Origin: an uncultured Candidatus Sumerlaeota bacterium
GTDB taxonomy: Bacteria; CAYMEV01
Direction of reading: 5' to 3'
NCBI GenBank assembly: GCA_964389675.1
Contig: CAYMEV010000011.1
Span: forward strand, 1-64,000
DNA length: 64,000 nt
Below, piece after piece: positions 28,197 through 37,744 of the stretch; the stretch's first letter is position 1; each line of letters begins with the position of its first letter. A model generated the notes under the pieces. That model saw only the letters and a program-made list of their open reading frames with translations. It did not search any database and was not told where the DNA came from. A program made the position numbers and the translations under genes.

Positions 28197-30557
28197 TCAT
28201 ATGACAATGGATATAATATCCCTGTCCATCCTTCCAATACATTCCTTCAGCTTTGAATACATTTTATCATCATTTCTGTAAGCACTCATTACCTGCCTGA
28301 GAATATCAATTCCTCTTCTGAATGAATATACAAGGTCCCCTGAAACTGATATGGGGCTCTCATAGCTGCTTAGATAGCTCATCATATCGCTCCAGGAAAT
28401 TCCTGATGACCACATATAAGCATAACCGCTGAGCCCAAAGTCATATTCTATCTCATTCTTTGAATCTACAGCACCGATCTTCACAAGCTTATCTGCTATC
28501 CTGCTGACAAGGTCCATGTATGGCACCAGCAGTTCTATCTGATAATCAAAAGCAGATTTTTTGCTTGCCCTTGAGCCCAAAGATGCACAAAGGGCATTAA
28601 TCTCATTGTGGTCAAGTTTTTCAAAAACATTTTCAAGAATGATCTCTGTAAGAAGCAGTTCGTTTATCTGTATCTCTTTGAGTATATAGGCTCCTGATTC
28701 AAAAGAGAGGTCCTCTGTCAGATATCCAAGGCCTTTTAATATATCGACCTTTCCCCAGAATTCATTGGAAAGGTACCCCTCCTTTTCCTTTATGGATTTA
28801 TTAAGATGATTAATCTGGCTTCTCAGCTTCAGTATGCTTTTTTTGGAAAGGGCGCATTTTTCATAATGGATACAATCCCTGCATATATATTCTTCTGAGT
28901 TGTTTATTAAATGATCGCGCCTTTTCTCCAGGTTATTAAGGTGAAGCCTTTTTTTATTCAGCATCTTCATGTTCTTTGAGACAATGTCTGTATCGTCCCT
29001 TGTAATATTTTCCAGATGCCTTATACGCCTTTTTGCATCCCTTATCTGTTTCAGTATCGACCTGAGCCTTCTTTTATCGTTTTTAATCCTGTTCTCATGC
29101 AGGTCACTGTCAAAAGTGCAGACAAAGCTTGTCAGGCTGCTTAAGTTCTCTTTTTTAGCCTGGAGCTCTTTATTCTGCATCCTTATATCGGGTTTTTCCT
29201 GAAACGCCCAGAAGCTTTGCAGTAGAACACTGTCTATCGTTTCGGGAGGATTTAAATAAAGCAGGTTTATGATAGAATTAAATGAGAGGTCAAAAGCGCT
29301 TTTTACCTTTTCCGTATAACCGGTTATATATTTCATCAGTATTTCAGCGTTAAAGTCCCTCAATTTTGATGTGATGATCACATGGCCAACATCATCAATA
29401 CCCCTTCTGCCTGCCCTTCCAGCCTTCTGATGAAATTGCTGAGAGGTCAGTGGCATTGTTGCAACACCATTGAATTTTGATATAGAACCGAAGACGACTG
29501 TTTTAACTGGAAAATTCAGCCCTAAAGCAAATGTTGAAGTACAGTAAAGAACCTTAATAAGCCCTTTTTCTACCAGGATCTCTACAAGCCTTTTATAGAC
29601 AGGGTTCATTCCTGAATGATGAAATCCTATTCCCTTTTCCAGAATGGAGTGAAGGTCCTGGATTTCTTTAAGGTACATGTCAGCATAGGATTCACTGATA
29701 ACTGCAATTTCCTTATTTATCGCCCCTTTTTCAGAAGGGGACAGATAATCAAAATTCTCTGCAAGAAGTCTGGCATATTCTTCACACTGTTTTCTGTTAA
29801 AATTGAAATAAAGAAGAGGGAAATAGCCTGTTCCAAGGTATTTGACCGTTTCCATATGATTTGCTGTCTGGCTGTTCTTCCTGACAGACGTACTGCCATG
29901 CCCCAGCCTGGTATAAAAGGAGCTAATAAACTCCTTTATGTCTTCGCTTTTCCTTATTTCTGTCAGATCATGCCCCCTGGCAAATATATAATATTTCAAA
30001 GGCACATATCTTTTTGTTTCCCTTACATAATATACCCTTTTGCCTTTAATATATGAAATCCACTCTGCCAGTTCCTTTATATTGGGGATTGTGGCTGAAA
30101 GCCCTATAATCTGTACCTCCGACGGCAGTTTAATTATGGATTCCTCCCATGCAACACCTCTGTCCTCATCCCCGATATAATGGATCTCGTCAAAGATCAC
30201 AGACACTATGGATTCTATGTAATCATTATCATCTGAATAAAGTATGTTTCTCAGTATCTCAGTTGTCATTATTACAAAGGAAGCATTAATATTTATCTTA
30301 AAATCGCCTGTCATCAATCCGATATTATTGCTTCCAAAAAAATCGCAGTATTCCCTGTATTTCTGGTTTGATAGCGCTTTGATAGGTGATGTATATATAA
30401 CTCTTCCTGATCTGAATATGTGATTTTCAGTTACAAAATCAGCGATAAGAGTCTTGCCTGTTCCGGTAGGAGCAGATATAAGAACGCTGTGTCCGTTCTT
30501 TATGTGATTTATTGCTTTTTCCTGAAAAGCATCAAGAACCAGATTCTTAAAGATCAT
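28197..30557 (-). CDS. Ski2-like DExH RNA helicase (HelY family)
   Basis: APTGTGKT, SPIKALSNQK, MTTEILRN, DEIH, LSAT, HHSG, TFALGLNFP, QKAGRAGRRG, DSHCT-like C-terminus. Confidence 0.9.
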   Translation of the reverse strand: MIFKNLVLDAFQEKAINHIKNGHSVLISAPTGTGKTLIADFVTENHIFRSGRVIYTSPIKALSNQKYREYCDFFGSNNIGLMTGDFKININASFVIMTTEILRNILYSDDNDYIESIVSVIFDEIHYIGDEDRGVAWEESIIKLPSEVQIIGLSATIPNIKELAEWISYIKGKRVYYVRETKRYVPLKYYIFARGHDLTEIRKSEDIKEFISSFYTRLGHGSTSVRKNSQTANHMETVKYLGTGYFPLLYFNFNRKQCEEYARLLAENFDYLSPSEKGAINKEIAVISESYADMYLKEIQDLHSILEKGIGFHHSGMNPVYKRLVEILVEKGLIKVLYCTSTFALGLNFPVKTVVFGSISKFNGVATMPLTSQQFHQKAGRAGRRGIDDVGHVIITSKLRDFNAEILMKYITGYTEKVKSAFDLSFNSIINLLYLNPPETIDSVLLQSFWAFQEKPDIRMQNKELQAKKENLSSLTSFVCTFDSDLHENRIKNDKRRLRSILKQIRDAKRRIRHLENITRDDTDIVSKNMKMLNKKRLHLNNLEKRRDHLINNSEEYICRDCIHYEKCALSKKSILKLRSQINHLNKSIKEKEGYLSNEFWGKVDILKGLGYLTEDLSFESGAYILKEIQINELLLTEIILENVFEKLDHNEINALCASLGSRASKKSAFDYQIELLVPYMDLVSRIADKLVKIGAVDSKNEIEYDFGLSGYAYMWSSGISWSDMMSYLSSYESPISVSGDLVYSFRRGIDILRQVMSAYRNDDKMYSKLKECIGRMDRDIISIVI

Positions 30558-30735
30558 GCTGTATTCTGCCTGCTGCTATTCTAATAATGAACAATAAAAA
30601 CATCCTTTAGGGAGGCATTAATAAAATCAAATAATGCAATTCCTGACTTGATTATAGGTATATTGGCAAATAAATGCAAAAAAAAAATCCATGAGGTTTA
30701 TATCCAATTTTTTTGTCAAAACTCATGATTAATTA

Positions 30736-30764
30736 TTGACATATAATCAGCTTATTTTTATAAT
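30736..30764 (+). promoter_or_regulatory. Consensus sigma70 promoter of ackA
   Basis: TTGACA-N17-TATAAT, 38 nt upstream of the ackA ATG, AGGAGG RBS between. Confidence 0.8.
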
Positions 30765-30802
30765 CATAAAAAATTCACATTACTTAGGAGGCTTTCTTTC
30801 TA

Positions 30803-31999
30803 ATGAAAATATTAGTTATAAATAGCGGCAGCTCTTCCATCAAATACCAGCTTATTGAATCACCTGGAGGCAAAGTATATGCAAAAGGCCTGGTTGAAAG
30901 GATCGGCATTAATGATTCAAGGCTCAAGCATAAAAATATAATTAATGCCAGAGAGACAGTGATCTCCGAAAACATTCCGGATCATACCAAGGGTCTTAAA
31001 ATGATTATAAATATTCTTCTTGACAAGGAATACGGAGTATTAAATGCACTTTCAGAAATTGGGGCAGTAGGGCACCGGGTTGTCCATGGAGGATCTCTTT
31101 ATTCCGACAGCGTGGTTATTGATGATAAAGTCAAAGAACAGATCAAAGAATACTTTGTTTGTGCACCGCTCCACAATCCTGCCAATCTTCTGGGCATAGA
31201 AGCCTCCGAAAAGATAATCCCCAATACAAAAAATATAGCAGTTTTTGACACAGCATTCCATCAGACCATGCCCCAGGAAAGCTATGTATATGCACTGCCA
31301 TATTCTTACTATGCAGATAAAAAGATCCGAAGGTATGGCTTTCACGGCATATCTCATAAATATGTAGCACTCAGGCTTGCTGAGATAATGAAGAAGGACC
31401 TGGGCCAGCTTAAGATAATAACCTGCCATCTTGGCAACGGAGCTTCCCTTACTGCAGTTGACAGGGGAAAGAGTATTGATACAAGCCTCGGTTTCGGGAC
31501 CATGTGCGGTCTGACAATGGGCACCAGGTCCGGTGATATTGATCCCTTTATCCTTATATTCCTGATGCAGAATTACAATATGTCTTCAGAAGAGATAAAT
31601 GATGTCATTTATAAGAAAAGCGGGGTATTCGGCATAACTGGAATAAGCAATGATATGAGGGACATTGAGGATGCAGCGGAAGCCGGTGATAAAAAAGCAC
31701 AGCTTGCCCTTGATATCTATGTGCACAACCTAAAGAAGTATATCGGTGCATATATATCCATAATGAACGGTGTTGATGCCATAGTATTCACCGCAGGGGT
31801 AGGCGAGAACAGCCCTTATGTCAGGGAGAAGACCCTGGAGAATATGGAGTTTTTCGGGATCAGCCTTGATCGGGAAGCTAATGACTTTAAAGGGAAAGAA
31901 AGGGTTGTTACTACAAAAGACAGTAAGGTCATGGGCATAGTGATCCCTACAAATGAAGAGCTTATGATAGCAAAAGATACATATCGCCTGGTGGTATAG
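30803..31999 (+). CDS. ackA: Acetate kinase
   Basis: INSGSSSIKY, GHRVVHGG, APLHNP, FDTAFH, RYGFHG, CHLGNG, FTAGVGEN, TNEELMIA. Confidence 0.97.
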   Translation: MKILVINSGSSSIKYQLIESPGGKVYAKGLVERIGINDSRLKHKNIINARETVISENIPDHTKGLKMIINILLDKEYGVLNALSEIGAVGHRVVHGGSLYSDSVVIDDKVKEQIKEYFVCAPLHNPANLLGIEASEKIIPNTKNIAVFDTAFHQTMPQESYVYALPYSYYADKKIRRYGFHGISHKYVALRLAEIMKKDLGQLKIITCHLGNGASLTAVDRGKSIDTSLGFGTMCGLTMGTRSGDIDPFILIFLMQNYNMSSEEINDVIYKKSGVFGITGISNDMRDIEDAAEAGDKKAQLALDIYVHNLKKYIGAYISIMNGVDAIVFTAGVGENSPYVREKTLENMEFFGISLDREANDFKGKERVVTTKDSKVMGIVIPTNEELMIAKDTYRLVV

Positions 32000-32208
32000 C
32001 AGTTTTTTTTTGTCATCCTGCCCATTTGCCAGAATCTTTAAGGCATTTTCCTTTCTCAGACAGGCTTTAAGGTAAAGGCTTATTCATTTTCTCTGTAAAT
32101 CGAACGTATTTGTATTCAGGTCCATAAAAATGAAAACCAATGGATCCTGCTTCTTATCAAAGCGCTATTTATAATCGATATATCAATACTGGTTCAGGAG
32201 TTATTCTT

Positions 32209-33855
32209 TTATAAGGTCTCCGTAACCTTATAAATATTATTTCCTTCCCTGACTGCCAGGTAAAGAAGCCTGTTCTGTCCATCAAACCTGAACCTGGCGC
32301 CTCCTGTTGATATAAGTGAATCATATGCACTGCCTGGCTTGTCATTTATATAAACATATGACAGATCTTCCATAAATACCCCATATACTATATATTTACT
32401 GTCATTTGAGAATATTGGGGGCAGTGAGCTGAAACCCTCAAATTTGCCGATCTCTTCGCCATTCAGCACCGGTATCCATTCTTCGCCGTTTATCCCGACA
32501 TAAAAGATGCTCCTGCTGTCCGGGCTGAATACAGGTGTCTTCTCCATAATTCCGTCATATATTGCCTCTTCCTTGCCGTCAACTACCATAACCCACTTTT
32601 CATTCTCCATACCGGCATAGGCAAACCTTTTGGAATCCGGGCTGAATACAGGTGTCTCCTGGAGAATATCCCTGTACTTCTTCTGTTCAACACCATCAAC
32701 TATTACCATCCAATCCTCGCCGCTTTTAACACAGTATGCATATCTCCTGCTGTCTTCGCTCCAGATCAGGGGCTCAGCAATAATCTTTTCATAGGTTTTA
32801 CCCTTATCGCCATTTATTACATAAGTATTCTTCTCATCCTCTATTGCTATCAGCGACCACTTGGAGCTGTCAGGACTGAAACTGAGCGTCTCGACAATAC
32901 AGTCATCATACTCTCCTGCAATACTGCCATCAACAATGACATACAGATTTTCCCCCTCAACTGCCCAATATGCATATTTTCTGCTGTCAGGGCTGAAGAT
33001 CAGGTCACCTACATTGTCATATGGCTTTTCCTCTTTGCCGTCAATTACAGCAATCCATTTCCCATCTTTAAAACCCGCATAAATATAGCGGTTGCCATCA
33101 GGGCTGAACAGAGGTGTCCCCTTCAGTATCCCTTCGTAACTGGAAGGGTCTTCAGTTCCGTTACGGACCACTACCCAGTTTTCGCCATTAACTGCCCCGT
33201 AGATATAGTTTTTGCTGTTGCTGGAGTATAAAGGTGTATTTTCGAGAATACCATCATATGAATTATTATCCTCCTTTCCATTTACAACCATTACCCATTT
33301 ATCCCCTTTAAGCCCGGAATAGATATATGATCTGCTGTCAGGAGAAAAAAACGGGGTGCCTTCCAGAAGTCCGTCATACATTGTGCTGTTCTCTTTTTCA
33401 TCTACTACTACAACCCATTTTTCTTCATTAAAGGCTGCATATAATACCCTGCTGCTGTCAGCGCTGAATACAGGACAGTTTGCAAGTATGCCGTCATATT
33501 CCTTACCCTCTTTTTCATCAGTTACAATAAACCACTTTGCATTCTCCGCCAGGTAATTGCTGGCCCCGTAGGAGGTTCTCCTGCTGTCGGGACTGAAGAT
33601 GGCCGGGCCAAGGAACATGTTTTTATATGCCTTGTGAGTCTTGCTGTCAATTACCATATTGTAATCATCGTTCTTAAACATGACATATGCTGTTCTTGCA
33701 CCGTCAGGACTGACCTGGAATGTGTCCTCAAGCCCGTTGTCATAGTCGATCTGGGACAGGAACTCTTCATTTACCGTTCTTTTACCCTCTTTTTTACAGA
33801 AGGAAAAGAATAATAGGCAGCATACTGCTAAAGCCGTAAAAAGCCTGAATTTCAT
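32209..33855 (-). CDS. Probable lipoprotein of about 13 PD40/WD-like beta-propeller repeats
   Basis: Signal ending FFSFC; ~39-aa unit FSPDS.....Y......KW..VVDGKE...YDGI...TP repeated. Confidence 0.8.
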   Translation of the reverse strand: MKFRLFTALAVCCLLFFSFCKKEGKRTVNEEFLSQIDYDNGLEDTFQVSPDGARTAYVMFKNDDYNMVIDSKTHKAYKNMFLGPAIFSPDSRRTSYGASNYLAENAKWFIVTDEKEGKEYDGILANCPVFSADSSRVLYAAFNEEKWVVVVDEKENSTMYDGLLEGTPFFSPDSRSYIYSGLKGDKWVMVVNGKEDNNSYDGILENTPLYSSNSKNYIYGAVNGENWVVVRNGTEDPSSYEGILKGTPLFSPDGNRYIYAGFKDGKWIAVIDGKEEKPYDNVGDLIFSPDSRKYAYWAVEGENLYVIVDGSIAGEYDDCIVETLSFSPDSSKWSLIAIEDEKNTYVINGDKGKTYEKIIAEPLIWSEDSRRYAYCVKSGEDWMVIVDGVEQKKYRDILQETPVFSPDSKRFAYAGMENEKWVMVVDGKEEAIYDGIMEKTPVFSPDSRSIFYVGINGEEWIPVLNGEEIGKFEGFSSLPPIFSNDSKYIVYGVFMEDLSYVYINDKPGSAYDSLISTGGARFRFDGQNRLLYLAVREGNNIYKVTETL

Positions 33856-33899
33856 GTTATTCTCCTTAAAAAGTTTATTTTATATAAAATCATGGATTG

Positions 33900-34958
33900 C
33901 TATTTTTCTCTTCCGCATACAATAATATTTTCAATATTATTGCCCTTGCCTTTAATCAAAGAAACAGACAGCTCGATCATTCTTGATTCATCTTTGCCGA
34001 CATTGAACTGAAATCCCTGACTGTTAAACAGATTTTCATCTGATATCAGGTTTTCGATCCTGGATAAAAAATCATTTTTTTCCTTGTCCAGGGTGAAATA
34101 TGATAAAAATGGCCTGCCAGTAATTTTCCCGTCTCCAGTTCTGGAAAACACCTCCCCTGCATATCTGTTTGCATATATCACCCTGCATGATTCATCGAGT
34201 ATAAATATCAGTTCATTTGCAGCAAGAAGTATTTTCTCAATCAGCCTGCAAACCGGTATTGAATACTGATCCAATACATATCTGTTTTTAAGTATTATGC
34301 TTATCTGGTCTGCAATTATCTCTATCGTGGCTACAGATTCATCAGGGAAAAAATCCGTATCCTTATGGCCAATATTCAATACACCAAATACCTCTTTTTT
34401 ATAGAAAAGGGGAAAACACATAAAACTGAAAGGCAGCATATCCAAATGTTCATATACAGGATGCTCCTGGGTATTATGTATGTACAATGGCTTCATTTCC
34501 TTCAGCGCATGCTCAGCCACCTCTTCCCACATCGGGAACAGCTGGTTTACAGGCTTGGAGCTGACAATTGTATTCTTTACGAACTTAAGATGCCCGCCTT
34601 CGCAATCTGCATTGAATAAGACTATTGAAGCGTGCTGGGCTTGTGTTTCATAAGTTATTGTATCAAGAATAGAATCAAAAAGCTCCTTTATGTTAATATG
34701 GGTCAGCCCTTTCTGTGCCGTCAGCCTCAGGAACCTGTAATCACTGATCTGCTGATCAAGCTTGTTTGATGTATCCTGAAGCAGGCTTACAAGTGTATCG
34801 ATTGATTTATTATTTTCTCTGGTAAGCTTAAAATCATCAATCAGGATGTTTATATTCTTTATAAGGAACTTCTCCTCAATTGTAAGCCTGCTTTCATTTT
34901 CAATATCAATATTGCTTTTATGGATTATTGAATTTGTGAGAAGTTTAATATCAATCAT
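33900..34958 (-). CDS. GAF and PAS domain protein without output domain
   Basis: Coiled coil, GAF (SFMCFPL...VFGVLNI...IIADQISI), PAS (IFILDESCRVIYANRYA). Confidence 0.75.
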   Translation of the reverse strand: MIDIKLLTNSIIHKSNIDIENESRLTIEEKFLIKNINILIDDFKLTRENNKSIDTLVSLLQDTSNKLDQQISDYRFLRLTAQKGLTHINIKELFDSILDTITYETQAQHASIVLFNADCEGGHLKFVKNTIVSSKPVNQLFPMWEEVAEHALKEMKPLYIHNTQEHPVYEHLDMLPFSFMCFPLFYKKEVFGVLNIGHKDTDFFPDESVATIEIIADQISIILKNRYVLDQYSIPVCRLIEKILLAANELIFILDESCRVIYANRYAGEVFSRTGDGKITGRPFLSYFTLDKEKNDFLSRIENLISDENLFNSQGFQFNVGKDESRMIELSVSLIKGKGNNIENIIVCGREK

Positions 34959-35022
34959 AAAAAACCTTTCATTATCCTGCAGACAGGGATATTATAACTG
35001 AAAACCTGATTATAAATCTACA

Positions 35023-35706
35023 TTATTTTACTGATAAAGAAAAGATTTTTTTACGAAGCATATGCTCGATTATAAAAGCTGGCAGGTCAAAAACGAGGTC
35101 AGAACTGCTGATTATTACAGAATCTGATGTGCATACGACCTGATCAGAATTTTTGAGCAGATAATCAGGTGATTTGTCTGTATACGCATAACCTTCAATA
35201 CCTGATTCTGAAAATTTCCTGTTCATGGTGTCCGCAATTTCACCGCTCATTGATACAGGATTATCGAATATTATTGTCACGAAACCGGGGCCAAGCTCTA
35301 AAAATGCATCTATAAGCAATGAGACTGCTTTTCTGCATATCTCCGGCCTGCTTTTATATGAGTGTATTCCTGCAATATCCCTGGTAATATTATCAATCCC
35401 CCGAAAAACAATGACCCCTTTCAGATAGCTTTCAACAGTGATAAGAACATTAAATCCATCCACTATGATCTTGTTCTGCCTGATGCAGGAATGTTCAACG
35501 GGATTGATGCTTTTTCTGTAGGTCTTCTTGGAAATTCCCCTGTAGAGTATCATCCTTTCCTGCCTGCTCAGCCGGTACCTGTTTCCTACTGCCTGTATAA
35601 CAGTCTTTTCAGGATAATTTCTGTCATAAAGATAAATTACATCCTTTATGGCTGACTGGAAATTTTTGCTCTCTAAAATTTTCTCTATCTCTGAAACCAT
35701 AAACAT
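35023..35706 (-). CDS. DUF434 domain protein (PIN/NYN-like)
   Basis: YLYDRNY..VGNRYRL, IVDGFNVLITVE, D..TRDIAG, PVSMSG, CTSDS. Confidence 0.85.
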   Translation of the reverse strand: MFMVSEIEKILESKNFQSAIKDVIYLYDRNYPEKTVIQAVGNRYRLSRQERMILYRGISKKTYRKSINPVEHSCIRQNKIIVDGFNVLITVESYLKGVIVFRGIDNITRDIAGIHSYKSRPEICRKAVSLLIDAFLELGPGFVTIIFDNPVSMSGEIADTMNRKFSESGIEGYAYTDKSPDYLLKNSDQVVCTSDSVIISSSDLVFDLPAFIIEHMLRKKIFSLSVK

Positions 35707-35734
35707 AATTCAGATATAAATATAGATTTATATG

Positions 35735-35923
35735 CTACTCTATATCAATTTTATGAAATTTTTTGCCTTCATTTTTTTTCGATTTAGAAGTGGATGCTTT
35801 TCCTGTGTCATCGATCTCTCTTTCAAGAAAGCCTATTCCAAAGTCCACAATACCTCTCAAGATCCTTAAAGAGGTAATCGAATGCCTGATGATATCTCTT
35901 TTTATCTCTTCATATTTCTTCAT
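35735..35923 (-). CDS. Small protein (62 aa) coupled to the ArsA-family ATPase
   Basis: ATG 35923 behind GGAG, overlapping the ATPase stop; amphipathic helix then KKFHKIDIE. Confidence 0.65.
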   Translation of the reverse strand: MKKYEEIKRDIIRHSITSLRILRGIVDFGIGFLEREIDDTGKASTSKSKKNEGKKFHKIDIE

Positions 35924-37124
35924 TTTTCTCTCCAAATTCAATACAAAGGTAATCGTCATTCTTTTTAGCTGACATTACATCCAGCTTTCTCAAAGCATCA
36001 GGAAGAAACAGGTGTTTCTTGAAGGACCCTATTCCGATTATCAACTCCTCAGAATTCCTGTACAGGTTTATATCGCCCTTATGAATTATGGGAAGAAATA
36101 TTCTCAGAAGGTAATTTCCCCTGCTGCCGCTTATCTCTATAACCTTTTTTGAAAAGAGTACATTTTCAGGATTCTCATGCCCCTGGTATACCAGACCGGC
36201 AAATTCAAGAAGCCTGTCCTTTCCAAGAACCTCATTATCAAGAAGAGGTACATCAATTACAGGGATAGGATAAAAGAATTCATTAACCTGGTTTTTGTAT
36301 TTTTCCTGTATTTCTTTCCATGTTTTAAAGAAAGGGTCGGATATATTCTCAGCAAGCACCCTGTTTATATATACTGCGTCTATATTAATGTTGAAGAGGC
36401 TGAAATACATATATGCCCTTTTTGTCTCCTGCAGTACCATTTTCTCAAGGTTTACGACCAGTCTTCCTGTTGTGATCTCCGGATTGAAAAGGACCTCATT
36501 GATACCATCAAGCTGGAGGAATAAATCCTTAATGGATCCGAAATAGTCATCTTCCGGAAGAGGCAGATCAGTAAGCTTCTTCACAAAAGGGCGGGCGATC
36601 TTTGCTATATTTCTTTCAAGCCTGAACAGCTTCTTTATATACCATTCAAGTATATCAGGCATTGCGATAAACTGAATAGATTCGCCAGTGGGAGGGCAGT
36701 CAAGTATAATTACATCAAAATCATTGCCCTTATAGTATTTATTTATATACAGAAGCCCGACTAACTCACTCATACCGGGAATAACTGCCAGTTCCTCTGT
36801 TACAGCATCCTCAAACCCCATTGTTTTGAAAAGCGAGAACAGGTAACCGGAAATTTTGCTCCAGTTTTTCTCGATCTCTGTCTGGACATCTATCTCCTGA
36901 ATAAAAAGGCTGTTATTTATTCTGACAGGCCTGCCGGGTTCAGAATCAAAAAGATCCTTATCTGATAGATCAAGTGAATCCCTGAGGCTGTGAGCCTGGT
37001 CAAGGGAAATTACTATTGTTTTTTTCCCTTTCTGAGCTGTCTTAATTCCGGTAGCAAGGGAAATGGTGGTTTTTCCAACACCTCCCTTACCGCTGAAAAG
37101 GATTATCCTCTTTTTATATTTCAT
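35910..37124 (-). CDS. ArsA/Get3 family ATPase with C-terminal HSP20-like domain
   Basis: GKGGVGKTT, SLDQAHSL, DCPPTGE, LVVNLEKMV; tail LLRIFLP...EELIIGIGSFKKHLFLP...AKKNDDYLCIEF. Confidence 0.88.
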   Translation of the reverse strand: MKYKKRIILFSGKGGVGKTTISLATGIKTAQKGKKTIVISLDQAHSLRDSLDLSDKDLFDSEPGRPVRINNSLFIQEIDVQTEIEKNWSKISGYLFSLFKTMGFEDAVTEELAVIPGMSELVGLLYINKYYKGNDFDVIILDCPPTGESIQFIAMPDILEWYIKKLFRLERNIAKIARPFVKKLTDLPLPEDDYFGSIKDLFLQLDGINEVLFNPEITTGRLVVNLEKMVLQETKRAYMYFSLFNINIDAVYINRVLAENISDPFFKTWKEIQEKYKNQVNEFFYPIPVIDVPLLDNEVLGKDRLLEFAGLVYQGHENPENVLFSKKVIEISGSRGNYLLRIFLPIIHKGDINLYRNSEELIIGIGSFKKHLFLPDALRKLDVMSAKKNDDYLCIEFGEKNEEI

Positions 37125-37161
37125 ACAATAAGTATAATTCTATAAACAGACCTGACTAAAT

Positions 37162-37743
37162 TTAAGATACCAGGTCAATACCCGCTAAAAACCCTTTTTC
37201 ATTAATCTCCTGAGTTCCCTTTGGTGCCTTTTTCAAGATTACATCGAGAAAAATATCTCTGTCAAGGTCGAGAATAACAGATAAACACCCCATCATCAGG
37301 GTATTGAGGATCTTTGTATTTCCCAGATCCTTAAGTGCCTTATCCGAGTCGATAAGGTGGATTTTCCATAAGCTCTGGTCAACATCGCTGTAGGGGTCAT
37401 CAGGATAACTCATTCCCGGCAGGTTTGCGGTTGGCGGTATAAGCCTGGTATTTGCTATAATTGCACTTCCCCCTGGCTTAAGGCAATTGAGAGATCTTCT
37501 GCCTTCAAGTATCTCAAAGGAGAGAAGTACATCCGCCTGTCCGTCAGGAATTGAAGGGGAATAAACATTTTCCGATGCCCTTACAAATGATGTAACGACA
37601 CCCCCCCTCTGCGCCATTCCGTGCGTTTCTGATTTTTTGACATCAAAGCCTGTCTTAATCAGCACTTCAGAAATAATATCAGAAGCAAGAACAATCCCCT
37701 GCCCCCCTACACCGCTCATAACTATATTATATGAATTTTCCAT
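37162..37743 (-). CDS. iorB: Indolepyruvate ferredoxin oxidoreductase beta subunit
   Basis: GVGGQGIVLAS, SETHGMAQRGG; follows iorA. Confidence 0.93.
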   Translation of the reverse strand: MENSYNIVMSGVGGQGIVLASDIISEVLIKTGFDVKKSETHGMAQRGGVVTSFVRASENVYSPSIPDGQADVLLSFEILEGRRSLNCLKPGGSAIIANTRLIPPTANLPGMSYPDDPYSDVDQSLWKIHLIDSDKALKDLGNTKILNTLMMGCLSVILDLDRDIFLDVILKKAPKGTQEINEKGFLAGIDLVS

Positions 37744-37744
37744 A

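Noticed and set aside
28197-30557. Helicase as part of an anti-phage defence system
   Set aside because: Ordinary HelY/Ski2 architecture with no nuclease or defence neighbours.
32209-33855. Propeller repeats as a DNA repeat array or diversity-generating target
   Set aside because: Repeats are in-frame, diverged protein blades; no reverse transcriptase or template/variable repeat pair seen.
35910-37124. Arsenite-efflux ATPase ArsA
   Set aside because: Single ATPase domain with HSP20-like tail and no arsB, arsC, arsD or arsR nearby; fits the Get3-like class better.
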